Shown here piece after piece: positions 1 through 10,875 of a stretch of 64,000 nt of DNA. The notes under the pieces were generated by a model. That model did no database searches and was not told where the DNA came from. It was given only the letters and a program-made list of their open reading frames with translations. Source of the stretch: Macrostomum lignano (Eukaryota); the NCBI GenBank assembly GCA_002269645.1, contig NIVC01000615.1, forward strand, positions 124,001-188,000. Reading direction: 5' to 3'. The stretch's first letter is position 1. The number at the start of each line of letters is the position of its first letter. The translations under genes were made by a program, and so were the position numbers.

Positions 1-1005
1 CCAAGGTCACTGAGAAACCCTTGACCAAACCAAGGTCACTGGGAAATCCTTGACCAAACCAAAGTTATCAGAAAACCCTTGACCAAACCAAAGACATTGA
101 GAAACCCTTGATCAAACCAAGGTCATTGGGAAACCCTTGACCAAACCGAGGTCATTGGGAAACCCTTGACCAAACCGAGGTCATTGGGAAACCCTTGACC
201 AAACCAAGGTCATTGGGAAACCCTTGACCAAACCGAGGTCATTGGGAAACCCTTGACCAAACCAAGGTCACTGGGAAATCCTTGAACTAACCAAGGTCAT
301 TGGGAAACCCTTGATCAAACCAAGGTCACTGAGAAACCCTTGATCAAACCAAGGTCACTGAGAAACCCTTGACCAAACCAAGGTCACTGGGAAATCCTTG
401 ACCAAACCAAAGTTATCAGAAAACCCTTGACCAAACCAAAGACATTGAGAAACCCTTGATCAAACCAAGGTCATTGGGAAACCCTTGACCAAACCGAGGT
501 CATTGGGAAACCCTTGACCAAACCGAGGTCATTGGGAAACCCTTGACCAAACTAAGGTTATTAGGAAACCCTTGCTCAAACCATGGTCATTGGGAAACCC
601 TTGACCAAACCAAGGTCATTGGGAAACCCTTGACCAAACCAAGGTCATTGGGAAACCCTTGGCCAAACCGAGGTCATTGGGAAACCCTTCACCAAACCAA
701 GGTCATTGGGAAACCCTTGACCAAACCAAGGTCATTTGGAAACCCTTGACCAAACCAAGGTCATTGGGAAACCCTTGACCAAACCAAGGTCATTGGAAAA
801 CCCTAGACCAAACCAAGGTCACTGGAAAATCCTTGACCAAACCAAGGTCATTGGGAAACCCTTGACCAAACCAAGGTTATTGGGAAACCCTTGACCAAAC
901 CAAGGTCATTGGGAAACCCTTGACCAAACCGAGGTCATTGGGAAACCCTTGTTCAAATCAAGGTCATTGGGAAACACTTGACCAAACCAAGGTCATTGGG
1001 AGACC
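1..1005. repeat. 29-bp minisatellite (CCTTGACCAAACCAAGGTCATTGGGAAAC)n, runs off window start
   Basis: GGTCATTGGG recurs at 121, 150, 179... (29-bp period). The unit contains internal inverted repeats (CCTTG/CAAGG, TGACC/GGTCA). Confidence 0.95.
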
Positions 1006-1010
1006 CATAG

Positions 1011-1137
1011 AGTTATCAGAGGTCTCTGGCAGACCCTGGAAGCAGACAGTGCTCATCAGACGAAAACCGTATTTTCTCGAGTCAAACAGGAAATTAGTTC
1101 TCTTAAGCCGATTAATGCATCAAATCTGGAAAGCTGA
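1011..1137 (+). CDS. Possible terminal coding exon of an upstream gene
   Basis: AG at 1009-1010 at the end of the satellite, then an open frame VIRGLWQTLEADSAHQTKTVFSRVKQEISSLKPINASNLES* ending TGA 1135-1137. No recognisable domain. Confidence 0.2.
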
Positions 1138-1501
1138 TCATCTTCTGCCACAGATTCAGATAGTAAAATGAGCGATTGAGCGAATGATGAGGTACTCGAT
1201 CAAATAACATGATTCTGGATACACTCCGCTGGTCTCATACGTCTGTCTCTTGGCCCTATATCTAACCCTGTGGTTGCTAGAAAATGATTGAGCTATCATA
1301 CTTAATAAGCTTTTTATGGTTTGGTGCTGTTAAATTTTACAACAGGAAAATATTGCTGCTCAGATATACTGAGTTCGTAGAGGCAGTGATTCCATACTTT
1401 TGATCAGTAATATCAGGATGAAAGAAGGTAAGGGAAGACAGATTTACACAGAGAAAAGATGGAAGGAAAAGGAATGTAGATGAGAGAGTGAAGAAGACGA
1501 T

Positions 1502-2548
1502 GAGACGAACGAGAGGGAGGGGAGAGAGGGTGAGAAGAATGGGAGGGAGGGGAGAGAGGGTGAGAAGAATGGGAGGGAGGGGAGAGAGGGTAAGAAGAAT
1601 GGGAGGGAGGGGAGAGAGGGTAAGAAGAATGAGAGGGAGGGGAGAGAGGGTGAGACGAATGAGATGGAGGGGAGAGAGGGTGAGAAGAGTCAGAGGGATT
1701 GGAGAGAGGGTGAGAAGAATGAGATGGAGGGGAGAGAGGGTGAGAAGAATGAGAGGGAGGGGACAGAGGGTGAGAAGAATGGGAGGGAGGGGAGAGAGGG
1801 TGAGAAGAATGGGAGGGAGGGGAGAGAGGGTGAGAAGAATGGGAGGGAGGGGAGAGAGGGTGAGAAGAATGAGAGGGAGGGGAGAGAGGGTGAGACGAAT
1901 GAGATGGAGGGGAGAGAGGGTGAGAAGAGTCAGAGGGATTGGAGAGAGGGTGAGAAGAATGAGATGGAGGGGAGAGAGGGTGAGAAGAATGGGAGGGAGG
2001 GGAGAGAGGGTGAGAAGAATGAGATGGAGGGGAGAGAGGGTGAGAAGAATGGGAGGGAGGGGAGAGAGGGTGAGAAGAATGACATGGAGGGGAGAGAGGG
2101 TGAGAAGAATGAGAGGGAGGGGAGAGAGGGTGAGACGAATGAGATGGAGGGGAGAGAGGGTGAGAAGAGTCAGAGGGATTGGAGAGAGGGTGAGAAGATT
2201 GAGATGGAGGGGAGAGAGGGTGAGAAGAATGGGAGGGAGGGGAGAGAGGGTGAGAAGAATGGGAGGGAGGGGAGAGAGGGTGAGAAGAATGAGAGGGAGG
2301 GGAGAGAGGGTGAGAATAATGGGAGGGAGGGGAGAGAGGGTAAGAAGAATGAGAGGGAGGGGAGAGAGGGTGAGAAGAATGAGAGGGAGGGGAGAGAGGG
2401 TGAGAAGAATGGGAGGGAGGGGAGAGAGGGTGAGAAGAATGAGAGGGAGGGGAGAGAGGGTGAGAAGAATGGGAGGGAGGGGAGAGAGGGTGAGAAGAAT
2501 GACATGGAGGGGAGAGAGGGTGAGAAGAATGAGAGGGAGGGAAGAGAA
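1502..2548. repeat. 30-bp purine-rich minisatellite with 240-bp higher-order period
   Basis: Unit GGAGAGAGGGTGAGAAGAATGGGAGGGAGG. Variant CAGAGGGATT at 1691, 1931, 2171 and TGAGACGAAT at 1651, 1891, 2131. Confidence 0.95.
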
Positions 2549-3017
2549 GCCTGACGAAATACAGAGTGGCACAGCTACCCAGTGCTCAGAGGACTAAGTA
2601 ATAAAAACTTGGTACGCTTGAGCATTGGGAAATGCCATAGTCGCGCGAACAAATAGAATTCCAAGACAACCCTAACCCTAAGGGAAAAAAGCATGCTTGG
2701 AAGGAAGAAGTTGAACAAAAAATGGATGCTTTGGTTCTTTTCTGTTGTCCGAGATCTCCAATCGAGATATTTCCCAAGAGTACCCCGGCTTTGACTTCTT
2801 ACTCTGCTCTGCGGATCACTCTGAGAAATCTTTGCTTGATCATGAACGATGGCTTCTGCTGAACTAATTTTTATCTACAGAATCTCTTTGATGTTGGCGA
2901 CATTCTTTTGCTAGTTACAGCATCTTGATGATGCTAACCAATCGATCAATAATTATTTACGGAGTAGAGATAGAGAGTACACCATGGCTAAGAATAAAAT
3001 CATAAAATCATAAAATC

Positions 3018-3560
3018 ATATGTAAACACATCAAGCATTCATATGTAAACACATCAAGCATTCGTATGTAAACACATCAAGCATTCTTATGTAAACACAT
3101 CAAGCATTCATATGTAAACACATCAAGCATTCTTATGTAAACACATCAAGCATTCGTATGTAAACACATCAAGCATTCATATGTAAACACATCAAGCATT
3201 CATATGTAAACACATCAAGCATTCTTATGTAAACACATCAAGCATTCATATGTAAACACATCAAGCATTCATATGTAAACACATCAAGCATTCATATGTA
3301 AACACATCAAGCATTCATATGCAAACACATCAAGAATCCAGTCATAAACACATCAAGCATTCATATATCAACAAATGAAACAGCCAGTCATAAACACATC
3401 AAACATCCAGTCATAAACACATCAAACATCCAGTCATAAACACATCAAACATCCAGTCATAAACACACCAAACAGCCAGTCTTAAACACACCAAACAGCC
3501 AGTCTTAAACACACCAAACATCCAGTCATAAACACACCAAACATCCAGTCATAAACACAT
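3018..3560. repeat. ~23-bp minisatellite (TAAACACATCAAGCATTCATATG), switching to a TAAACACATCAAACATCCAGTCA variant near 3340
   Basis: Direct inspection of tandem units. Confidence 0.9.
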
Positions 3561-3734
3561 AAAGTATTCAGTTATATACACAATCTGTATCTAAGTGCAT
3601 AAAACAATGGTGGCTTCTCAGCCTAAACAGTGTATATCGGACATCAGTAAACAGTACGCATTGTCTCCAAGCCATCAGGTCTGTCAGTCAAAAAATCAAT
3701 TAGTCCAAAATGTCCGAGACAGACCGCTATCGTG

Positions 3735-6700
3735 TCAGAAGAACGCAATAGACTGGTCAGAGGTTTCAAAAACTGACGCGGAGTCTCGACAAGCGAACCG
3801 ATCTGACAGCCTGGACACGGTGCTGATCTGAGCGCAGGTGCATCGTCGCAGGCGACGAGGAACGTTCGAGTTCAACGCTTGATGCACAGCAGCCGCGGCA
3901 GGATTTTTCGAAGATTTCATTTCGGATTCGTTTGAGTCGACTGACGTTCGGGTCGCTCGAGTATTGTCCAGATCTTCGTCGTACTCTTCGTCGTCTAAGT
4001 CGAGATCTTCATCAAGATCTTCCTCCTGCTGCTCGTCGTCAGCGTCCTGACGATCGGAAGTCCTGCGGCAGCCGCACTCGGTGCAGAGTCCGGCCCTCTG
4101 AGTGAGTGAGTGATGGACTGACTGACTGACTGACTGACTGACTGACTGACTGACTGAGTGACTGACTGACTGACTGACTGACTGACTGACTGACTGACTG
4201 ACTGACTGACTGACTGACTGACTGACTGACTGACTGACTGACTGACTGACTGACTGACTGACTGACTGACTGACTGACTGACTGACTGACTGACTGACTG
4301 ACTGACTGACTGACTGACTGACTGACTGACTGACTGACTGACTGACTGACTGACTGAGTGACTGACTGACTGACTGACTGACTGACTGACTGACTGACTG
4401 ACTGACTGACTGACTGACTGACTGACTGACTGACTGACTGACTGACTGACTGACTGACTGACTGACTGACTGACTGACTGACTGACTGACTGACTGACTG
4501 ACTGACTGACTGACTGACTGACTGACTGACTGACTACTGACTGACTGACTGACTGACTGACTGACTGACTGACTGACTGACTGACTGACTGACTGACTGA
4601 CTGACTGACTGACTGACTGACTGACTGACTGACTGACTGACTGACTGACTGACTGACTGACTAACTGACTGACTGACTTGAGTGAGTGGGTGACTGACTG
4701 ACTGACTGACTGACTGACTGACTGACTGACTGACTGACTGACTGACTGACTGACTGACTGACTGACTGACTGACTGACTGACTGACTGACTGACTGACTG
4801 ACTGACTGACTGACTGACTGACTGACTGACTGACTGACTGACTGACTGACTGACTGACTGACTGACTGACTGACTGACTGACTGACTGACTGACTGACTG
4901 ACTGACTGACTGACTGACTGACTGACTGACTGACTGACTGACTGACTGACTGACTGACTGACTGACTGACTGACTGACTGACTGACTGACTGACTGACTG
5001 ACTGACTGACTGACTGACTGACTGACTGACTGACTGACTGACTGACTGACTGACTGACTGACTGACTGACTGACTGACTGACTGACTGACTGACTGACTG
5101 ACTGACTGACTGACTGACTGACTGACTGACTGACTGACTGACTGACTGACTGACTGACTGACTGACTGACTGACTGACTGACTGACTGACTGACTGACTG
5201 ACTGACTGACTGACTGACTGACTGACTGACTGACTGACTGACTGACTGACTGACTGACTGACTGACTGACTGACTGACTGACTGACTGACTGACTGACTG
5301 ACTGACTGACTGACTGACTGACTGACTGACTGACTGACTGACTGACTGACTGACTGACTGACTGACTGACTGACTGACTGACTGACTGACTGACTGACTG
5401 ACTGACTGACTGACTGACTGACTGACTGACTGACTGACTGACTGACTGACTGACTGACTGACTGACTGACTGACTGACTGACTGACTGACTGACTGACTG
5501 ACTGACTGACTGACTGACTGACTGACTGACTGACTGACTGACTGACTGACTGACTGACTGACTGACTGACTGACTGACTGACTGACTGACTGACTGACTG
5601 ACTGACTGACTGACTGACTGACTGACTGACTGACTGACTGACTGACTGACTGACTGACTGACTGACTGACTGACTGACTGACTGACTGACTGACTGACTG
5701 ACTGACTGACTGACTGACTGACTGACTGACTGACTGACTGACTGACTGACTGACTGACTGACTGACTGACTGACTGACTGACTGACTGACTGACTGACTG
5801 ACTGACTGACTGACTGACTGACTGACTGACTGACTGACTGACTGACTGACTGACTGACTGACTGACTGACTGACTGACTGACTGACTGACTGACTGAGTG
5901 GGTGACTGACTGACTGACTGACTGACTGACTGACTGACTGACTGACTGACTGACTGACTGACTGACTGACTGACTGACTGACTGACTGACTGACTGACTG
6001 ACTGACTGACTGACTGACTGACTGACTGACTGACTGACTGACTGACTGACTGACTGACTGACTGACTGACTGACTGACTGACTGACTGACTGACTGACTG
6101 ACTGACTGACTGACTGACTGACTGACTGACTGACTGACTGACTGACTGACTGACTGACTGACTGACTGACTGACTGACTGACTGACTGACTGACTGACTG
6201 ACTGACTGAGTGAGTGGGTGACTGACTGACTGACTGACTGACTGACTGACTGACTGACTGACTGACTGACTGACTGACTGACTGACTGACTGACTGACTG
6301 ACTGACTGACTGACTGACTGACTGACTGACTGACTGACTGACTGACTGACTGACTGACTGACTGACTGACTGACTGACTGACTGACTGACTGACTGACTG
6401 ACTGACTGACTGACTGACTGACTGACTGACTGACTGACTGACTGACTGACTGACTGACTGACTGACTGACTGACTGACTGACTGACTGACTGACTGACTG
6501 ACTGACTGACTGACTGACTGACTGACTGACTGACTGACTGACTGACTGACTGACTGACTGACTGACTGACTGACTGACTGACTGACTGACTGACTGACTG
6601 ACTGACTGACTGACTGACTGACTGACTGACTGACTGACTGACTGACTGACTGACTGACTGACTGACTGACTGACTGACTGACTGACTGACTGACTGACTG

Positions 6701-7399
6701 ACTGACTGACTGACTGACTGACTGACTGACTGACTGACTGACTGACTGACTGACTGACTGACTGACTGACTGATTTACCAGCCCAGAACGAACCTGCTGA
6801 GCCGCACTCCCCCCAGCGGACGCAATCGAGTAGGACGACAGTTCACCAGCCGGAGTCTCCGTTGTCTGAGTCGCGTCATCCTCGCAGTCGTCATCCTCGG
6901 CATCAGCGTCCCAGCAGCCCTGTCTGGAGGACCCTGCACCTCCTGTCGCTATGAGCTTCTCCTCATCCATGTCTTTCATGCGTCGTGTAACGTACAGGCC
7001 ACACAAGAAGACTCCGGCAATTAAGCAGAGACCGAAAGCTGAGCACAGCAGAGCCAAGGTCTCAAACAGGCCCAGCTGTCGTCTTCCGCTGCCAGCAGTC
7101 GAAGGCCGAGCGTCAGGCAGCGGGGTCGCCAGAGTCGAGTTGCCATCAGACAGCTCGTCGTCTTCCCCAGCTTTGGCACCACCGCTGCCGCTGTTGAACA
7201 CGAAGCTGATCAGAAAGACAACGCTTGCGATTGAGGACAGGACAAAGCCGATGTAGAACAGCTTCTGCGCTCCGGCGCAATCCGACTTGTAATTGTAGGG
7301 CGGCGGCGTCAGCAAACGAAGCTTGCGTCGTCCGCGACGTCGGCCCCGATCGATGAGTCGGCGAAGTCGCGGCAACGACTGGAGCTGAGGTCGACGCAT
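3735..7399 (-). CDS. Two-exon predicted 2-TM membrane protein (~327 aa) with acidic C-terminal region; family unknown
   Basis: Exon1 7399-6779 (207 codons; hydrophobic segments LFYIGFVLSSIASVVFLISFVF and LALLCSAFGLCLIAGVFLCGLYV; PPPY motif). Donor CTG|GTAAAT at 6778, acceptor CACTCAG at 4098. Exon2 4097-3735 is in frame (RAGLCTECGCRR..DDEQQEEDLDEDLDLDDEEY..SIAFF*). Phase 0 on both sides. Confidence 0.8.
4117..6772. repeat. (GACT)n/(TCAG)n tetranucleotide microsatellite, ~2.65 kb, forming almost the whole intron 4098-6778
   Basis: Near-perfect array with a few GAGT/GAGTGGGT interruptions (4156, 4356, 4676-4695, 5896, 6208). Confidence 0.98.
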
Positions 7400-8357
7400 T
7401 TCGTTTTGCGAACCGCCCCCCTCCCTAAGCTGGCTTCAACCTGCTGGGATTAAAAAAAAGAGAAGTTTCTGCTGCGTGTTTTAAAGCGGCTTTCTGCTTT
7501 TGAGAGGGACAGGGCTGCTGCTGCTGCTGCTGCTGCGTGCTCCGTCTCGGGAGCAGCCAATGAGCTTGTCTTGCATCCCCTATTTCTGCTTTTTTCCTAG
7601 TCCCATTCTCTACACTTCTCAGAGAGTGGCCTTGCGTTTCGTTTACCCTTATTCTGTTTGCTTGTTAACCATTTGGCTTTAGTGTGTACTGTTGCAATAA
7701 AGTTGGTAGCTGTACTTGACTTTGCATGCAGCCGTACCTGTTGCAGCTTCTGGGTCTAATCTCTGGGCTATTTTAGTCTTAAATTTACGAAACTCCGCAC
7801 GAGAAAACGTTTGAGCTCTTACAAAAGTGTTTCATTTAAAGACAAATCGGGATAATTGGTCATTCATTTAGTTCGAGCAAATATCTTCTGCTAGGCTAAT
7901 ATGGACTCGTGTGTGGTCATAAATTATCAGAAAATTGGGGTTTTTTAGGCAAGCCACAAGGGCTGGCGGCCCAATAAATCTGTCTTGTTCAGGAGAGAGA
8001 GTGTGCAGACTAGTCTAAATTGATGTCATGCATGTAGTTTACTATAGAATATAAAGTGCAAGTAAGTAATCCGACATATCATTCGTACTGCAAGTTATAC
8101 TGCAAGATTTCGAAGTAAATATCTAGCTCCCTACTTTCAGTAGAGCCGACCATTTTTTGCAAATATTTTTTATATAATGTTTATTCGGCAATCAAGAGAT
8201 AATACTTACAGAGTAGTTTGCTCAACCAATAAATTTGACAATGGCTAAAACGATTTGCTTTTAACAAACACCATTAGCGATATCAGCATAAAATGAGGGA
8301 AGTTGCTAAAAACTTCACTGTTAGGTAAGGATCGTCTGTACCTGCAGACAGGGGGAG

Positions 8358-9977
8358 ATGCTGTCCGAAGCCCTGACTAAATACGCAGGCGAGGCCAGCA
8401 CCCACTGCCTCTCCAGGCTGGCCGGTGGCAGACCCGGCTACGTCAGGGCCTTCTGGTTTGTCACGCTCCTATCGTCTGTGACTCTCTGCTCAATCCGTAT
8501 GCGCAACGCTTTTGAAAGCTACTCTAAAAACAGTCTAAAGACGACTTTTAGAGCCAATGAGCTTGATTTTAGATTCCCGGATATCTACTTTTGCAATGAG
8601 ATTCCAATTTCTGGTAGTTACTCGGTGATGCTCAGCGCCGCGGACGCCGAACTGCTGAGTCGTTACCGCCAGCTGGTCAACGCAAGCATCGAAGGATTTC
8701 CGCACCAAAATAGGGTTGGGAACTACAACATCAGATTAGTGAACACGCTGCCGTTCAACTTTCTAGCCGACAAAATGGCGCACAAATCCGACCAGCTGGT
8801 TGTGTCGTACTACTTCAACGGAAATTTCACGCCTCAGCTTCGCACGCTGAGGCATGCCAACTATTTGAACTGTTTCAAGCTAGATTTGACGGAGTCGGAC
8901 ATTCGAGCTCTGCAAAGTCCTACCAGCTACATGCAGATCGGCTTGTTCTTGGACCCGCTGCTTCCAAAGCCATTTGACAACTCTACTGAGCAGTACTTGT
9001 ACCAAGGTAGCTCGAGGATCAACGTAAAACCAGTTGACTGGAGTTTCAGCTTCGGCGTCGATTTTTTTCGAGCCAGCGGCATCCAACTGTTCATTGTGCC
9101 TCAGTATGAGTATCCCAGCAGGTGGGGTCATTCTTTTCGCATCGGACCAGGCCAGCACCACAAGCTGTCAATCAGCATGCAGGAAACCGTCTACGACGAC
9201 GAAGTGAGTGACAGATGCTTTGGAAGAAGCAATGCCAATACTGGGGCCTTTCTGAACCCCTACTCTGGCGACAGGCAGAGGTTCAGAAACACTCCGATCG
9301 TGTGCTGGTACCGAGAAATTGTCAGATTATCCATGGAGCGATTCGGCTGCGTCGTAGAGCGAATTCCGCTTCCCTGGGAACACAGGTGGGCGCCGTACTG
9401 CTTCAACATAACGCAGTTCCCAGCTGGTTTAAACGCCTCCAGAGAGGGGATACTTGAAAGAGAACAAATACTTTTCAACGCGACCAGAAAGTGCGCCGAA
9501 ATGGCCGCCTGCCGGCAGAGATCATACAGCTACACTTATTCATCCAGCCTTTGGCCGACCGAACGGGTTTGGAGATCGTATTTGCGAGAACAAATATTAG
9601 AGAAGATTTCGATGGCCAACGGACCAACACCCGGACTCTCCTACCTAGTGGACAATGCCACTATGCAGCAGGTTCGCGATTCTCTACTGCTGCTGGAAAT
9701 CTCATCGGCTGAATTCCGCAGCAATTTGGTGTTGCTGTCACTCGACTACAGTTTCGATGCATTGGTTGCGGATGTCGGCGGCCTGCTGGGCCTGTTCCTT
9801 GGCATGTCGCTGCTGTCGGCTCTGGAGCTGCTGGAGCTGCTACACGACTGCTGCCTGATTGCCTGGCAACGGGTTCAACAACGAACAAAGCGAAGAACGG
9901 CGGATGAGACCGTTGACGTGGCCAACTCTACGACTTGCTCCGAGATTTCTGGAGTATGGGCAGCAAAAGCAGAATGA
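8358..9977 (+). CDS. DEG/ENaC (ASIC/degenerin family) ion channel subunit, paralog 1, intronless, 539 aa
   Basis: TM1 with conserved Trp (RAFWFVTLL), post-TM1 FPDIYFCN, cysteine-containing ectodomain, TM2 LVADVGGLLGLFLGMSLLS with GxS filter. Confidence 0.93.
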   Translation: MLSEALTKYAGEASTHCLSRLAGGRPGYVRAFWFVTLLSSVTLCSIRMRNAFESYSKNSLKTTFRANELDFRFPDIYFCNEIPISGSYSVMLSAADAELLSRYRQLVNASIEGFPHQNRVGNYNIRLVNTLPFNFLADKMAHKSDQLVVSYYFNGNFTPQLRTLRHANYLNCFKLDLTESDIRALQSPTSYMQIGLFLDPLLPKPFDNSTEQYLYQGSSRINVKPVDWSFSFGVDFFRASGIQLFIVPQYEYPSRWGHSFRIGPGQHHKLSISMQETVYDDEVSDRCFGRSNANTGAFLNPYSGDRQRFRNTPIVCWYREIVRLSMERFGCVVERIPLPWEHRWAPYCFNITQFPAGLNASREGILEREQILFNATRKCAEMAACRQRSYSYTYSSSLWPTERVWRSYLREQILEKISMANGPTPGLSYLVDNATMQQVRDSLLLLEISSAEFRSNLVLLSLDYSFDALVADVGGLLGLFLGMSLLSALELLELLHDCCLIAWQRVQQRTKRRTADETVDVANSTTCSEISGVWAAKAE

Positions 9978-10335
9978 GGCAACGCTCAGTTAATTAGGAA
10001 AATCTCATTGGGAATAACTAATGACAGTTTAAGCACTTTGAAGCGTATTAAACCGACCGTTGACTTGACGCGAGTTGCGAGTGTATAGCAACCTTCTGCT
10101 TTACCTGTCCTGAGTTAAACTTTAAAGCAACTACTCTAATTTAATAACACAATTTTTGAGTTTCATCCAATTAGTTTGAAAGTTTAAGCGAGCAGAAGTG
10201 ACTAGCAATAGTATTTTGATAACGTGACATTTCGAGCTTGTGAGAGTGATCAAACCTTTTTTATTTTTCGACGATATGAAGTTTCAAGTTCATGAAAAAT
10301 GACTCGAAACTTAAAAAAAATGAATTGCGAGCTTT

Positions 10336-10413
10336 TGAAATGTCGAGGTTGTGAAATGTCGAGGTTGTGAAATGTCGAGGTTGTAAAATGTCGAGGTTGT
10401 GAAATGTCGAGGT
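10336..10413. repeat. 16-bp tandem repeat TGAAATGTCGAGGTTG x~5
   Basis: Units at 10336, 10352, 10368, 10384, 10400. Confidence 0.9.
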
Positions 10414-10875
10414 CGCATCTTCTCCCTTAAGTGACTAAACCTGTAGAATGATTTTTGTATCGGCTTTCTTCAATAGTAAATCTTTTTTAAACTGCCCCAG
10501 CCTCTGAATATCTGCTTTAGATGATAAAATCTTTCTATTTATTTTTCTATCTGCGCAAATTTTTGACGTGGCAAATTTCACGCTTTTGCTTGATAATCCA
10601 GATAATCTAATATACTCTACAGTCGCGAGCTTACGCTGAACTGGCTCAAATTAAACAAGACACGCAAGTCGCTTGGCTTAGTTCAGCTTCGAATTGATTA
10701 GACGATCGATTAAAAATTGTTTAAAGAGAGAGAAAATGATTAATGCAACCGGATCGCACAAGTCATATTTACCGAGCTAACAACGCCCAGTTAATGCATT
10801 TAGTCAAACAGAGATCATTATTGATAAAATCAATAGTCCTTTGCTGCAGCCAGGCAGAATCAACTCAGATCAACA

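Noticed and set aside
1-1005. CRISPR-like appearance (29-bp partly palindromic repeat)
   Set aside because: Units are head-to-tail with no unique spacers, there are no cas genes, and the context is eukaryotic. The same applies to all other arrays.
1337-2597. Long repetitive ORFs (RRMGGRGERV, EGREGEKN, LLTLSPLP)
   Set aside because: Open on both strands because the 30-bp unit lacks stops; no unique flanking coding context or splice support.
2670-2681. CCCTAACCCTAA telomere-like repeat
   Set aside because: Only two units; expected by chance.
4661-7399. 912-aa ORF with (SQSV)n
   Set aside because: Read-through of a stop-free microsatellite. GT/AG sites at the array edges give a sensible spliced protein instead.
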